From assembly GCA_951406725.2 (NCBI GenBank), contig OX597822.1, positions 104,656,001-104,720,000 on the forward strand: a DNA stretch of 64,000 nt. Reading direction: 5' to 3'. Shown here in pieces: positions 1 through 13,968 of this stretch. The stretch's first letter is position 1. The number at the start of each line of letters is the position of its first letter. This DNA is from Octopus vulgaris (Eukaryota). The notes under the pieces are model-generated. The model was given only the letters and a program-made list of their open reading frames with translations, made no database searches and was not told where the DNA came from. Position numbers and translations under genes: made by a program.

Positions 1-209
1 CAGAGTGCAAAAAATCGGAACAAATATTACAGTGCATTTAATCCGACTGTCTTACGACTCTGCCATTATAAGTTACAGCGACTCAACTGTTTGTCAGAAA
101 TCTTTTTTTAACTTTGCTTTAATTTAATAACCTCCTTTTAAATACAGTAGGGTAAAATTAACATAGCATATTTTAAAAGTTTCGAAAAATTAGTGGAAAT
201 TTTGAAATT

Positions 210-249
<40 letters not shown>
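210..249 (+). repeat. (CAG)n microsatellite
   Basis: About 13 consecutive GCA/CAG units, not within a supported ORF. Confidence 0.95.
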
Positions 250-250
<1 letters not shown>

Positions 251-1034
251 CTGGTGCTACTTTCTAAGTTTAAAATTGAAATCAACGTTATCTGTCAGGA
301 AGAGATAGAGAAAGTGATTTGGAAAATGAAAAATGAAACGCAATCAGTCAATATGCTAATACAGAGTAATCAATCTTGACATAGTAACAGAGAAGTTAAA
401 ACAACACTCACCATGGGTATTTCATTGAATGATAATAGAAAGGAAACAAGCCTGGATTTAATGTGAAACGAGTTAAAAAATTTCCTGCAATGGAATGTCA
501 TTTCTTCGAGGAAATAAAATATGAACGAGTTTGGGTATAATTAAAATGGACGTTGTTTGTGCAATGCCATTAGTAAATTATGTTCGCGTTACAATAGAAG
601 TGATAATCAACAGTCGATTTAATTGATTTCGATGCTGAAAGTAACTGATTTCGAGTGAATATGTCAGCAGAAGGCTGAATTAGATTTGAGGAGAAAAAAG
701 GATTTCTTTAGTATTATTATTTAAATCTGACTTAACCAATGATAGTCTCAAAAGATTAAAATTTATAATAAATTGCACTATGGCTAACCAAGTAGTTATA
801 TAACTGATGCGTTTTTGTTAGTTTCCTTTATATCAAATATAAATATTTCCCATCTGATCTTACATAGTAGGCATAACAAATAACCTGCTTTAACACCAAC
901 ATATTGTCCTTGGGTACTTTTAATGGAACCCACTCTATAAGAGTCACTAATACATGGTTTCCAATTTGAGGTTAAATTCCTCCAGTCCTTCAAATAGATT
1001 ACAGTTACTGTAAGCAAATGAAAATATTTTAATG

Positions 1035-1413
1035 CCAGCAAAACGCCCTCCGTCCAATGGACGGTGCTGAGTTGTCAAAAATTTAAACCAAATTTTCTCG
1101 AAACATCATGTCCGACCGTCCCATAGGCCTCCCTTTTGAGAAACACTGATTTAACCTAAATTTGAGACTCCAGCAAAAGAAGAAATAAAGATAGATTTGT
1201 TTTCTATTCCAAAGAAAAACGATTTTATTCACACAAATATGCTTTATCGATCACATTCTCACCTGAAACCGGTTTTTGTAATTTTTGCAAGACTTATACA
1301 CGCCCTGATACCGTCGGTATCTACATATCAAATTTGAGCGCAATCGGATGGAGGATGCCCGAGATTCTAGAAGACACACACACAGACAGAGAGAACGGAT
1401 TTTATATAATAGA
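1035..1413 (-). mobile_element. Non-autonomous Helitron-like element
   Basis: Minus strand starts A|TCTATTATATAAAA followed by (TCTG/TG)n; hairpin CCGTCC-aat-GGACGG at 1050-1064; ends CTGG (CTRR). Confidence 0.65.
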
Positions 1414-2306
1414 TATAATAAAATGCTTTATATAATCTTTAACCAGAAATGCACATAAGTATAAGCCACTTATATCTGATACAAATTCCCTATCAAAATT
1501 TTGAGGAATAAACCTCTTTCTCAGTAAGGATGATGAGCTTTAAATTTACCTTTGTCTTAGATTTTTTAATACATGCAATAATAAATGGATATAGGACATG
1601 ATAATGACGAGGATGATCATTATTATTTATACGTATTTCAATGAGATGTATCAGTCGATTTAATTAAATTAGTTACATTAGACTAATTACTAGATACTTA
1701 GTTTCTCAACTATGAAATAATGAAATGGAAATATAACCTCTACGAAATTTCGACATAAACGATCGTTGTATACAGTATTCTACCAATTATGTCATCCTCC
1801 AACAAGAGATACATATAATATAATATATCTCCGAAAATACATCTGTCTTGTCGCATTATTATATTTTTAAAATAAAAATATATTGGGAAAGACTTTAGAG
1901 ATTAATACGATGTATTATACGCGCCATTAATTTCAATGTGGATTTTGTTAAAAAACAGAAGACGTTATGTAGGTAGGTTTACAGCAAATTTTAGAAGTGA
2001 AAGCCGATATATGTATCTTTCTGAAAACGTATCGGCAAAAATTTACAGAAAATTTATCAGTGAGAGTTAATCTGGAAACATGTTAATTTACGGGCTAAAA
2101 TTAATGGGATCGTCTGTAGATATCAGATTAACTTAGTGACATATCAGTCCAACTAAAGCCAACCTGGTACCCACGTTATTCTTTCTTACGTCATCCATGC
2201 TATGTCTAATCCCATTTTCAGTTCTTCTTCATTTGAACATCAAATCTATTCAATCAATACCCACTTAAGATTTTTATTGCTGTCGTCTTACAGATTTTCA
2301 TATGTA

Positions 2307-3593
2307 CAGGGTGAAGCGGTGAAGACGTTTTTAGAAAAATCACAAAATCATTCATTTTAGCTGCAAGCAAATTCTATTGAGATCAATCTGTTCGCATTGA
2401 ATCATCATTTGTCAAGATCAAGTGTGGGGAACAACATCCATCATGTGGTGTCCGTTTTCATTCATGCATTTCAGAAGGCGTTCTTGGAAGTTGGTCTCCA
2501 CTCTCGCCAGCATTACTCTGTCAATTTGGGCAACTTCCACGCGAATAGCTTCCTTCAAATCGTCCAATGTATGGGGCTTCTGCGCACACACACGTGCCTT
2601 GACAAATCAGGGGACCGAGGGGGCCAAAGAATGTCAGCAAACCTGCAAATGAGGCTGTCACCGAAGAGAAGGTGAAGAACGGCCATTGATGCTCTGGCTG
2701 TGTAGGCTGTCGTCCCATCCTGGTGAAACCACACACATCGACAAGGCATACGTTTTCATCGTAATTCAGTCACAAAGAAGTGGTTTACCATCTCGAAGTA
2801 ACGCTCGGATTTCACACTAACAGAATTTCCATTATTGTCTTCAAAAATGACCAATGGCAACATTTTTTCCAACAGCAGACCAGACGGTCACTTCTGGACT
2901 GTGCAGTAGACTTTCGTGCACTTCTCTAGGATTTTCAAGCGTCCAATAACGACAGTTCTGTTGATTCACCATGCCATAAAGATGAAAATGATCTTCATCA
3001 CTCATTAACAAAATGAAGTTGTCCCTTGTCCCCAAACTGCTTAAGTTAAGCTGCTGCGCATAGTCCCATGGTTTCAACTTTTGCCAAATGATCCATTTGT
3101 ACGGGTGGAAATGCAGGTCTTCATGCAAAATACGCCTTACCAATCGATTAGCCATGCCAAATTCAGTAAAATGCTTCCGAGCAGAACGATTTGGACTCCA
3201 TATCAAAGCTTCTCTGACGCGTTCCACATTTTCCGGGGTCCGTACCGTTAGTGGCGCCCCGATTAGTCTCTTATTCATTAGTGTACCTCGTGTACGATGT
3301 GCATTCATCCAACGTAAGATTGTGTCACGGGAGGAGGGGGAACGGCCTAATTTCGGTGCATGATGAAGTGGCACCGAAACTCACGCAGAGCTGTTGAGAC
3401 AGATTCGTTATTTTTCACGTAACTGTAGGCAAACACGCGATGCTCTAACGTAAACTGCACCATGGCTTCCCCTTAAAATAAAAATAAACGATAAGACACC
3501 ACGGACCAGATGGTACCTATCGTACATATCTCCTTCCGCCTAGGGCACAGAAATAACTATTTCAAAAACATCCGTCCTCTTTGCCTCACTCTG
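2307..3593 (-). mobile_element. Decayed Tc1/mariner transposon, DD41D (rosa/VS-like) type
   Basis: TA-flanked imperfect TIRs (TA-CAGGGTGA... / ...TCACTCTG-TA). ORF pieces carry RRILHEDLHFHPYK, MSDEDHFHLYGMVNQQNCRYW, WFHQDGTTAY and WPPRSPDLS. The PCD motif is deleted; spacing from the second D to the expected third D is 41. Confidence 0.9.
2555..3374 (-). pseudogene. Frameshifted transposase remnant
   Basis: ORFs 2841..3374 and 2555..2749 hold consecutive transposase motifs in different frames. Confidence 0.88.
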
Positions 3594-4071
3594 TATAACA
3601 ACGATCGTATCGTCCTTACCACGTACAGAAGGTTTACAACATTCATAACAACTATCGGTGTCTTTTTAACAAAGTATTTCAGTATCCTACAAGATAAACT
3701 CCTGTAAACAAACAATTTCAATTCATAAGTTGATTACTTTTAATTAACCCTTTCGATACCTATCCGGGGTACTCGTGTTAAAATAGACCTACAAGATATT
3801 CCTCTTTAAACACTTAATTTCCATTCTTTACTGAAATTAATTAATTTTACCCGTCTGAGATCGCTCCTGGTTCTAAATACAAATACAAACTTTCTGTTTT
3901 AAAGTGATCTAAAATAATACGAGGGTAGGTTAAATGTTACCCTCGTGTTAATTTAGCACCCTAATAAACGGTTAGCATCACTTGTCCTGCGGAAGACTGA
4001 ATCATGAATTTCATTTTCGTTGGCGATTCCATCTTCCGCCTTTTGGATTTTGGTTCAAAGGTATAGACAAA

Positions 4072-4305
4072 GGCGGCGAGATGGCAGAATCGTTAGCACG
4101 TCGAGCGAAGTGCGTAGCCGTATTTCGCCTGCCGTTACGTTCTGAGTTCAAATTCCGCCGAGGTCAACTTTACCATTCATCCTTTCGGGGTCGATAAATT
4201 AAGTACCAGTTACGCACTGGGGTCGATGTAATCGACTTAATCCGTTTGTCTGTCTTTGTTTGTCCCCTCTGTGTTTAGCCCCCTGTGGGTAGTAAAGAAA
4301 TAGGT
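4072..4305 (+). mobile_element. tRNA-derived SINE family A
   Basis: Head GGCGGCGAGxTGGCAGAA...GAGTTCAAATTCC; central CTTTCATCCTTTCGGGGTCGATAAATTAAGTACCAG (resembles the Meta-SINE domain); many copies in the window. Confidence 0.88.
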
Positions 4306-4309
4306 ATAG

Positions 4310-4560
4310 AATCTCGCCTCATCAGTGACCATTTCCTCTAAGAAAAATATTCACCTTCATCGCCGTAGCGGTTGAGTAAACGTTGATAATCTCCACTTGA
4401 TTGCGTTTATGCGCTTCTGTAAACTCTATTGGAACTCGTCTCGCGCAGCGCTTCTTGTGGACGATCATACACACTACTTCGTGACAGATCGCTGTCCCCG
4501 TATTGTACTGGAAGTTTGCTGTGAATTTCAGCCCTAGGCACACTTTCAGACCAGAGAAAT
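4310..4560 (-). pseudogene. mariner (DD34D-like) transposase fragment
   Basis: CARRVPIEFTEAHKRNQ is a decayed WVPxxL motif; after a frameshift, QRLLNRYGDEGEYF...MVTDEA is a decayed VTGDE motif. Confidence 0.7.
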
Positions 4561-5253
4561 CAGTTCACTGGTTTCTGTTCTTCCTTGGTGCACACTCTTA
4601 GCGGAGCAGCCATATTTGATCTGTAACACAAGGTAAAAGAAAAAAAAATAGAACAATCAAGGCCAAACCGTGATTACATCACTGAAAGAGTACCAATTTT
4701 ACCATGCGAGCGCTGCGGTCAACCTAAAATAAAGTTTTGGCAAAACTGTGGAGAATGTTTTGACTTCCTCTTGAATTTCCATCAAAATTCTATGCTAATA
4801 TGCGTTTCAAACACCAGATTAATGATCGTTTCAAATCCTTCGCACAGGACAAATAGTTTGCCTGGTATTTATTTTATTGACCCCGAAAGAATTAAAACCA
4901 AACTCAACCGTGGCTGAGTTGGGCTCAGAACGTAAAGACGAACAGAGCGCAAACACCAGCTTAATAATGATGGCTATTTTTACTAGATTCATTATATTCA
5001 AAGCTAATTAAAACAGGCAGTAAATCTCAGTAAAAATATGATAATAAACGAATTAAAAGGATTTAAATTTGGACCTTCCATCAAAATTCAACGTTACTCT
5101 ATGTTTAAAAAACTAGCTTCATAATGGCTAAAACATTTTATATAATTTTATATCATTTAAATATTCATTGAAAGAAAAGCGATGTAAATTCAACATAATA
5201 CTTACTCCTCAAAAAGGTGCAACTGTCACATATCATTCGATATCCACAAGGTA

Positions 5254-5637
5254 TCTCTCTCTATATAAACGGCAGTTTGTCTGTGTGTGTTTCTGTGTGT
5301 CTGTTTTCTCGTACCCTCACCCTGACCACGGCTTTCAACCGATTCTGATGAAACTTGACACACACATAGCCCAATGTCATAATTCAAAACTAACGCAGAG
5401 AAAATTTTGAAAAGTTCCCCCAATTCTGAAAAAGATCGATAAATTCGACATGGGGTCGATAATCAGAAACACAAACCACAGATGGTCTAGGGGACGCAAC
5501 TCGACCTTTTTAACTATCAAAAAAATTTACCATAATTTTTTCCCCCATTTTTTTGCTATTTTTTGGCTATAACTCTCTAAAAAGGCTTTATAGTTATTTC
5601 CCTTACAAACCCGAGCAACGCCGGGCGATACTGCTAG
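5254..5637 (+). mobile_element. Non-autonomous Helitron, type 1
   Basis: A|TC...CTAG|T termini; hairpin CCCG-agcaacgc-CGGG at 5610-5625; near-identical to 47010-47390. Confidence 0.9.
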
Positions 5638-6211
5638 TATTAAATAAAAGCAATGAAAAAACAAACACTAACTATATTGTTATTATAAATAATTATGTAC
5701 TAAGATGTTATTACACTAAACTGTATCAATTGCAGTTGAAGTTTATAAACCAAGAATCAATATTCTCTCTTATTAATATTTCAAAGACGTAAACTATTGT
5801 AAATAACAACTGTCAGTTTGAAGACTAAGAAATACGTGGATGTTTTTTGATAGTTTACGTATTATAAGAATATTCAACAATAAAAATAGGTATCAGAAAT
5901 ATTGAATTGCATAGTAATTATAGGCTGTCATAAAAATCTCCGAGCTAGGTATTTGGTGAATGGAATATGAGAGACTCATATTCATAAAACGAAATCAAAC
6001 ACGCGTACACACATATAGACATATACACATGCATACAACTACATAAACACAAGTTCACATATAAACATACTCCCTGAGTTCCAAATGACTGTTAGTATAG
6101 CTCGCACCACGCGAAAGAGCGTCTGCGTGAGAATATGTTGTACACTACTATGGTGCATGTACATGTGGGCAGAAACTTATGAGATTATACAAACTCACAC
6201 ATGTACGTGTG

Positions 6212-6214
<3 letters not shown>

Positions 6215-6245
<31 letters not shown>

Positions 6246-6283
6246 TAATAATAATGATGATAATAATAATAATAATAATAATG

Positions 6284-6341
<58 letters not shown>

Positions 6342-6432
6342 TCAAGGCACACAGAGCTGCGCTCGGTAGTGAAGTGAAAGCACACTATAAAAATAAAACA
6401 ATAATAATGATAATAATAATAATGATGATGAC

Positions 6433-6486
<54 letters not shown>

Positions 6487-6553
6487 AACACATCCTTTGT
6501 TATTCTACGCTGGGCAAGTAAAGAAAAGGAGGCTATAAAATTAAAACTACTGC

Positions 6554-6599
<46 letters not shown>

Positions 6600-6690
6600 T
6601 AATAATAATAATGATGATGATGATGATGATGATGATAACACATCCTTTGTTATTCTACGCTGGGCAAGTAAAGAAAAGGAGGATAAAGTT
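6215..6690 (+). repeat. (AAT)n/(GAT)n array with short embedded unique inserts
   Basis: Trinucleotide tracts interrupted by a ~55-bp insert at 6343-6400 and a ~45-bp unit present twice (6488-6532, 6637-6682). Confidence 0.85.
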
Positions 6691-7565
6691 AGGGAGATAT
6701 GACAAACAATACAGATTAAAGAAAAAGATATTTATTTCAGAGGTCCTGACTTCTAGACGGGTTTATCTAACGAGATATGGAGTATCTACTCTACTCACAG
6801 TGAGGTAGTCTATCATCCGACGCCAGATACCAACAACACCTGGCATGAGAAGCTAGGTACTTTCATGGTGGCGAGATTTCCTTCATCGCTTAAGAAGCAT
6901 TCCAACTCAAATTCATTTATTATTGTTTCATTGATTTGTTTGTTTCTGTTTTTAGAATCTGTTTTGAGGAAATCTGGTTAAACTGTCCAACGATTAGAAT
7001 AGCACTCAATCAGCAAACACAGTAAAGATTATGTCATAATAAAAATCACAAGTTTTGTGAAATAGAACTACCCGAGGTTTTGTAGCTGAAGCGCAATTCT
7101 ATTTCGTCATTTTTCAAGCAGAGAACGAGACTGTTTGTCCGTTACTTTTAGTTACCATAATAAGAGTCACTCAGCTACTCTTTTTCGGCTTTAATCTGGA
7201 AACTTAAGGACGAAGACATCAAATGGAAAATCCTTTCCACAAACTATCCTTATATTAACGTGTGAAAAAGATGTTCAATATGTTCTGTTGAAAAACTATG
7301 TCTCATGAAGAACTTACGAGCCTCCAACGACTACGTAAATTCTAGAAACGGCATTCTCCCTCTATGTCTGTATTTTGAGAAATACATATTAAAGAAATTT
7401 AAAACTAGGCCATCGGAGATATCGCAAACTATTAGTATCTTGTTTAGGTTACATAGACATTTATTTATTGTAATGTTCCTTATCTCGTCTGTGTTCTTTT
7501 TGTTATGAGCATTCCCTGTCCAAACGCTATCTGCTTGATAAACTACGGACAAACGGTCTTGTTCT

Positions 7566-7847
7566 CAGTTTTATATTTAAGAGATGAGGAATTATTTACA
7601 TTATTTACATTATTTACATTCGACGGATATTTGTCCTCATCTTGTTTGTTGTTAACACAGCGTTTCGGCTGGTATACCCTCCAGCCTTCTTCAGGTGTCT
7701 TGGGGGAAATTTCGAACCTGGGTTCTCATTCCTAAGGTATGCTTCGATGTTATTATTATTATTATTATTATAGGGCATATGGCGTAGTGGTTAAGAGCGC
7801 GGGCTACTAACCCCAATATTCCGAGTTCGATTCCAAGCAGTGACCTG
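7566..7847 (-). mobile_element. tRNA-head/hammerhead element, copy 1 (head inverted relative to tail)
   Basis: Hammerhead-like motif on the minus strand at 7654-7699; tRNA-like head on the plus strand at 7773-7847; TGTTCTCAGTT repeated at 7560-7570 and 7861-7871. Confidence 0.8.
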
Positions 7848-8562
7848 AGCAATAAGGTACTGTTCTCAGTTCGAAAAATGGCCCAAAAATTTAATGTTTG
7901 GGCGACGAAACTCTGAGTATCTGTATTTATGTTTGGGCCCTATTCCATGGATTTAGTAAATTTATTAATGACAAACACTTTGTTACGCAATCATTTTATG
8001 ACTTCGTAAAGAAGTTAAGCAAACTCTGATCTGAAGTGAATATTTCTCAATAACGTACAAGCAAACTACATACATATATACATGCATACATAAATGCATA
8101 CATGTCTACATCCACCACCGTCCATAAAAACATACAGCAATATATATGTGTGTGTATGTATGTATGTATGTATGCATGCATGTGCAGGTAACGATAAATA
8201 GTCTAGTGTGTAATAGATATTGAATAGAGTCTCGTTTCTTTCCGCTCATGATATATTCAGAAGCCAGGTAGTTCAATAGGTTTGCTCAGTAATACACACA
8301 TCCATTTGATTGTCCCTCTCTCACAGATACACACAGTCACACACACACACACAGTCTCATACACACAATCACACAGACACAGAATCACGCACGCACACAG
8401 TCACACACATAGACATACAGACACACACACAGATACACATTATACATATATATGATTTGTCGCTCCTATGTATATATATGTACAAAGACATCATTATTTG
8501 TGCGTGCATGTATATATATATATATACATATAAAAATAATGGCGTGTCTTTGTACATATACA

Positions 8563-8608
<46 letters not shown>

Positions 8609-8625
8609 TATATTCATACATGCAT

Positions 8626-8718
<93 letters not shown>

Positions 8719-9519
8719 CTATTTGCTCGGGTATCCATTAATATATGTATGCATATACACTGCATTGCTATCCAAAGGTTAGCTATGTAAACAATGCGTG
8801 TCTCTCTCTTTCAATATCATTATTTATATTTCTCTGAAACGAATCAAGCAAGGAGTGAAGATTACATTGAATGGACTTTCGACTCAACAATGAATGAAAT
8901 ATTTAATAAAAGGTATCATTGAAGTAGATAATTGTTATGATTAATATTAATACCTTGTTGAAGAGCTTTCCTATAGGTCCAACCTCGGCTTTTGTCTCAT
9001 TGTTTGATCCGGTTAAGCACAAGTGATAGAATACAAATCATTTTTTTTTTGTTATTCTTTTTTCCTCCCATAGATTTTCTTCTCCATTCTATTAATATGA
9101 CAAGAGCAGAAAATAACTTGCATTTATATAATTTCTAGAAGAGCGTTTTTTTTATGCTATCGCTGTTTGCTTTCTTTTTCTTTTTTTTTTTTTTTTTTTT
9201 GAATTTCCTGCTCCAGTGAATAATTTGATGAATATACTAATGTTATTCATTATAGATGGCGCCGAATAAATTAATAAATTAACTCTCATTTGTGCGAAAA
9301 AAAAAAGAAGTTTTTCAATAAAAATTCGTAACAAGTTTCGGATTTGATCCCAAAATATATATTTTTATCTAACTGGAATATTTAATATCATAATCCATTA
9401 CTACGTTCCTTTGTTATGAACCAAAGTCCATTGGCTTCAATCGAACCAACAGAAATTCAAATATTAAAGCGAATGAAAGCCTATATATCCATACAAACAT
9501 ATGTGTATAGACATACACG

Positions 9520-9569
<50 letters not shown>

Positions 9570-10110
9570 TGTTGGGATGTGTTCATAAGTGTGTGTATAT
9601 ATCAATGTATATATATGGATGTATATATATACATATATATATATATATAAATATGTATATATATATATATTTATATATATATACACACATATACATATAT
9701 ATGTATAAATGCATAATATATCTTAGTTCCTTATGGAGACGCATAGTACGTCAAAATTACCCAAATATATTGCTAGAAAAATAAGTGAAACGGTAAATAA
9801 AAAATGAGGTAATGTTAGAAAATTCACCCGAGGAGACGCATTCGCACTTACGAGGCATCATAACTGTTTGTACAGCATTTAACCTGTAGAGTGTCATGCA
9901 TGATGAGTCGAAGCCATTGTAGGGGTTTTGAATAAAGTCTCGAATATTCCATTTTGTGTCTCGTATTGATATATAAACGCTACAGACACAAATGCAAAAG
10001 CAGCGGACTATATCTTCATTCTGTTGTTGACATCAGGTAGCCGCTTATTGTGTATGGGCTTTAAACAGCATCCGGCAAGCTGTCTACCTGAATATAAAAC
10101 AATGAAATTA

Positions 10111-10145
<35 letters not shown>

Positions 10146-10147
<2 letters not shown>

Positions 10148-10300
10148 GAGTGGATGTGTGGTAACAAACTTGCTTCCCACATAGTTTCGGGCTCAGTCCC
10201 ACTGCGTGACACCTTGGGCAAGTGTCTTCTACTATAGCCTCGGGCTGACCAATGCCTTGTGAGTGGATTTGGTAAAGAGAAACTGAAAGAAACCCGTTCT
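10146..10300 (+). mobile_element. SINE family C, partial
   Basis: Matches the 5' half of 36713-37148. Confidence 0.75.
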
Positions 10301-10307
10301 CTCTCTG

Positions 10308-10363
<56 letters not shown>

Positions 10364-10373
10364 GATGCATGTA

Positions 10374-10442
<69 letters not shown>

Positions 10443-10535
10443 GTATATATTGTATATATATATATATATGTATGTATATATATATATAGATGTATATATA
10501 TTTATATGCATACATAATACACGTATATATATACG

Positions 10536-10570
<35 letters not shown>

Positions 10571-11811
10571 ATAAAGAACATACGCACAAATTCTCTCTCT
10601 CTTTCACTCACAATACATTTTAAGAACAAGGTGTGGCTTTTCCTCCTGTGCAATCTTTCATCTGACTGCAGACTAGCAGGTTAAATATCGGTGTCACTGC
10701 CACACCATTGGGAAAAGTATTGTAAATATAGATCATTGATAAATTTTGAGTTTAATATCAACTTGTTTTTTTTATTATACTAACACGTGTTGACGCGCAT
10801 AGGTACAGCATTATCTAAACACACGCAGACGAGAGTCGATTCATATGGAAAAGAAAGTAAACAAAATAATATGATCACATTCTTATCGGAAAATTTGTGA
10901 GTTCGATTTAATGTTTTTTTTTAATATACTCAACCCAAAAGTTCATAATTTCGAGCCACTCTTCTGCCAAATATGGTGAAAATATGTTCAGCCGTTTGCC
11001 AGTAGTTTTGCAAATGCTCAGAAAAAGATACCTTGTTTTCGCTAACGCGCGCAGGGTAGTAATAATGATAATAATAAAGGTGGCCACACGCAATATAAAA
11101 CCAAACTGGGAGAATTCAATTGTTACTAATAGTAGCTGAATGTACATTGTAGCTCGTATATTGCTAAAATAAGAGTCAAAGGCCCGTATAGCCACACGTA
11201 TACCATAAGTCTATGTATAGTCAGGGGAGTTAACTGACCCATAGTGAGCGGAGGGAACGAAATTTGCAAGCCAATTTTGCTTGAATTTAAAGCTAATCCA
11301 CATCCAACTTAGCAGTATATAGATTTTACTATAAGAATCAAATATGTATGCATATATGTATGTATTTATGTATACATGTATGTATATGGTTTGATGGATC
11401 GCCTTCGTTCCTTAATGTGAATTCAATTGTTCGATTAACGCAACAACTTGTACCCAATTTAAGGTATGGATGGTTGAGTGTTCAAAAGAAGCCTGTACCC
11501 ACTGCTCCATTCTTAATCAGAACTAGGGTGACACGGTTTCGGATAAGGATGTACTTCTGAAATGGGGGCACACTCTACACGTCGGGCTTCATTTTATTTG
11601 CGGTGTACTCATTTTCACCCACGAGGTTATAAAATACGACATTACCTCACAATGCACATAGTGGGCTCGATCTCACTGTATGGTTGTTGTGAAGCGAACT
11701 ATAATTCGATTATACTTCGGCTACACGCATACAGACACGCAGAAGCACACACACAAATGCACACACGCACACACACACACTCACTCAAACGCAAACACCT
11801 ACACTTATATG

Positions 11812-12046
11812 TACCTATTTCTTTACTACCCACAAGGGACTAAACATAGAGGGGACAAACAAGGACAGACAAACGGATTAAGTCGATTAAATCGACCCCA
11901 GTGCGTAACTGGTACTTTATTTATCGACCCCGGAAGGATGAAAGGCAAAGTCGACCTCGGCGGAATTTGAACTGAGAACGTAACGACAGACGAAATGCGG
12001 CTACGCATTTCGCCCGGCGTGCTAACGTTTATGCCAACTCGCCGCC
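11812..12046 (-). mobile_element. SINE family A
   Basis: Reverse complement of 4072-4305; TTATATGTA target-site duplication. Confidence 0.9.
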
Positions 12047-12319
12047 TTATATGTATCCCCATACACATACATACACTTACATACATACATATTGTGGAAT
12101 GTTTTCAAAATCTGAATGCTATTGACAGTCATTGTCCAAGTTTTCACCTGCATGGACTGTCAATAGCATGAAAATGCCCTGACAGAGCGGGATCTTTATA
12201 CGGTTGCTAATCGAAGTGCTGGCCTAGATATTGTTCATTCTTCTGAACACTACTGCAATACGCACGCTTGATTGTAGAGCTGGCATCTGCTTCAATACCC
12301 CAGTCTGTTACTATAATGA

Positions 12320-12646
12320 TTTCGATTCCCAGACCGGGCGTTGTGAGTGTTTATTGAGCGAAAACACCTAAAAGCTCCACGAGGCTCCGGCAGGGGATGG
12401 TGGTGATCCCTGCTGTACTCTTTCACCACAACTTTCTCTCTCTATTACTTCCTGTTTCTGTTGTACCTGTATTTCAAATGGCCGGCCTTGTCACTCTCTG
12501 TGTCACGCTGAATATCCCCGAGAACTACGTTAAGGGTACACGTGTCTGTGGAGTGCTCAGCCACTTACACGTTAATTTTACGAGCAGGCTGTTCCGTTGA
12601 TTCGGATCAACCGGAACCCTCGTCGTCGTAGCCGACGGAGTCCTTC
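12320..12646 (+). mobile_element. SINE family B, 5'-truncated
   Basis: Matches 13969-14351 from the B box onward. Confidence 0.88.
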
Positions 12647-12649
12647 CCT

Positions 12650-13160
12650 CTATAATGCTGCCCAAGAAGGTGAAGTCGGTTACATTTCGAACTGGTTCAA
12701 TAAGTTCACCGAACATGAATCTGCAAAACACGTAGTTTCATCAGTATAATCCAAAGCTGTGTATTCTGGTGTATTCCGGCATGTGGTACATTCGTGGCAC
12801 TCAGTACCACAAAGACGATGGTCAGAAGAAATGACAAGTGTGACAGTTGTCAGAGAACAAACCTGTTTCACTCCTGTGAAGATGTTGAAGTCTTTTCTCT
12901 TGCCGCTTCCATATCTTCGTAACTTGTGTTGGCATATAGACGTAGTCTTCTTGAATGCCATTTGCCTTCGTAATGGACCAGACCGATTGTCAGTTTAACT
13001 TGTCAAAAGCTTTATTTAAATCGATAAAGTTCATGACCAATGTTTGCTGGACTTGCCTGGTGCAGACAGTAATGTGATGACCTTACACTTCCTGCAGTCA
13101 CTTATATTGTCTTTCTTGGTAGCTTAAGTATAACTTTTGTCGACTCTTCTGGCACTATTC
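12650..13160 (-). pseudogene. Decayed RTE-type LINE reverse transcriptase fragment
   Basis: Motifs KAFDKL, FNIFTGVKQ(G)C, LDYTDE (YADD) and VTDFTFLGSII across frames. Confidence 0.7.
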
Positions 13161-13367
13161 TCTTTTCCCAATGTATTACATATTTTGATTAAGTCATTAT
13201 GAGAAGGACGAAGATTAACATACACACACACACACACACACATACTCATATATATATATATATATATACTTGTATATATTTACATATATGTGTGTCTATA
13301 TATCGTGCGTATATATGTATGTATATGTACACACACACATGCATACACACACACACACACACACACA

Positions 13368-13444
<77 letters not shown>

Positions 13445-13585
13445 CAGGATGATAGATCGCTAGCCACTACACATTCTTTATTTTCTCTCTTTGCTTCTTT
13501 CTGTGTTTCTTTCTGTGGAAGAGCGTAGGCTCGAAACGTTAAAGACTTTTTCATTTCCCGAACGTTAAACTAATACATCTGTTTC
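13445..13585 (+). mobile_element. PLE pLTR-like short repeat with variant hammerhead (CUGUGGA core)
   Basis: tcttt-CTGTGGA-a-GAGC-gtag-GCTC-GAAA-CGTT-aaaga at 13508-13545; related copies at 46800-46935 and 49880-50055. Confidence 0.65.
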
Positions 13586-13587
13586 CC

Positions 13588-13634
<47 letters not shown>

Positions 13635-13968
13635 ATGTGTGTGTGTGATTGTGTTTCTATATGTGTACACGTCTGTCTGCGTATACATGCGTTTGATATT
13701 TACGGAGTAAGATGGAAAATAATGTAATTGTTTATTGTAATGACAAAATTACTCTCTGACACTACTCAGTGTTTCGCGAATGCCCTTTATTTAGAAAACT
13801 CTTCAGTGGCGACATTCAAATGGTACTGGAAAATATATGCATAAGAACAATATGTTTAAGTTAGTTTAGAGTAATCTAGTGGAATACATAGATATATGCG
13901 TTTGTCTTCAGCCAGTTCCCCAGCCGATGTAACGAGAGTTACAAAAGAATCTTGCTATATATATGTGT

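Noticed and set aside
7773-7847. Functional tRNA gene
   Set aside because: A and B boxes are present, but the acceptor stem is poor, there is no oligo-T terminator, and the sequence recurs as a repeat head at 21569.
8310-10653. Long ORFs of (YI)n, (HT)n or (CV)n here and across the window
   Set aside because: They are translations of (TA)n, (CA)n and (TATG)n microsatellites that lack stop codons.
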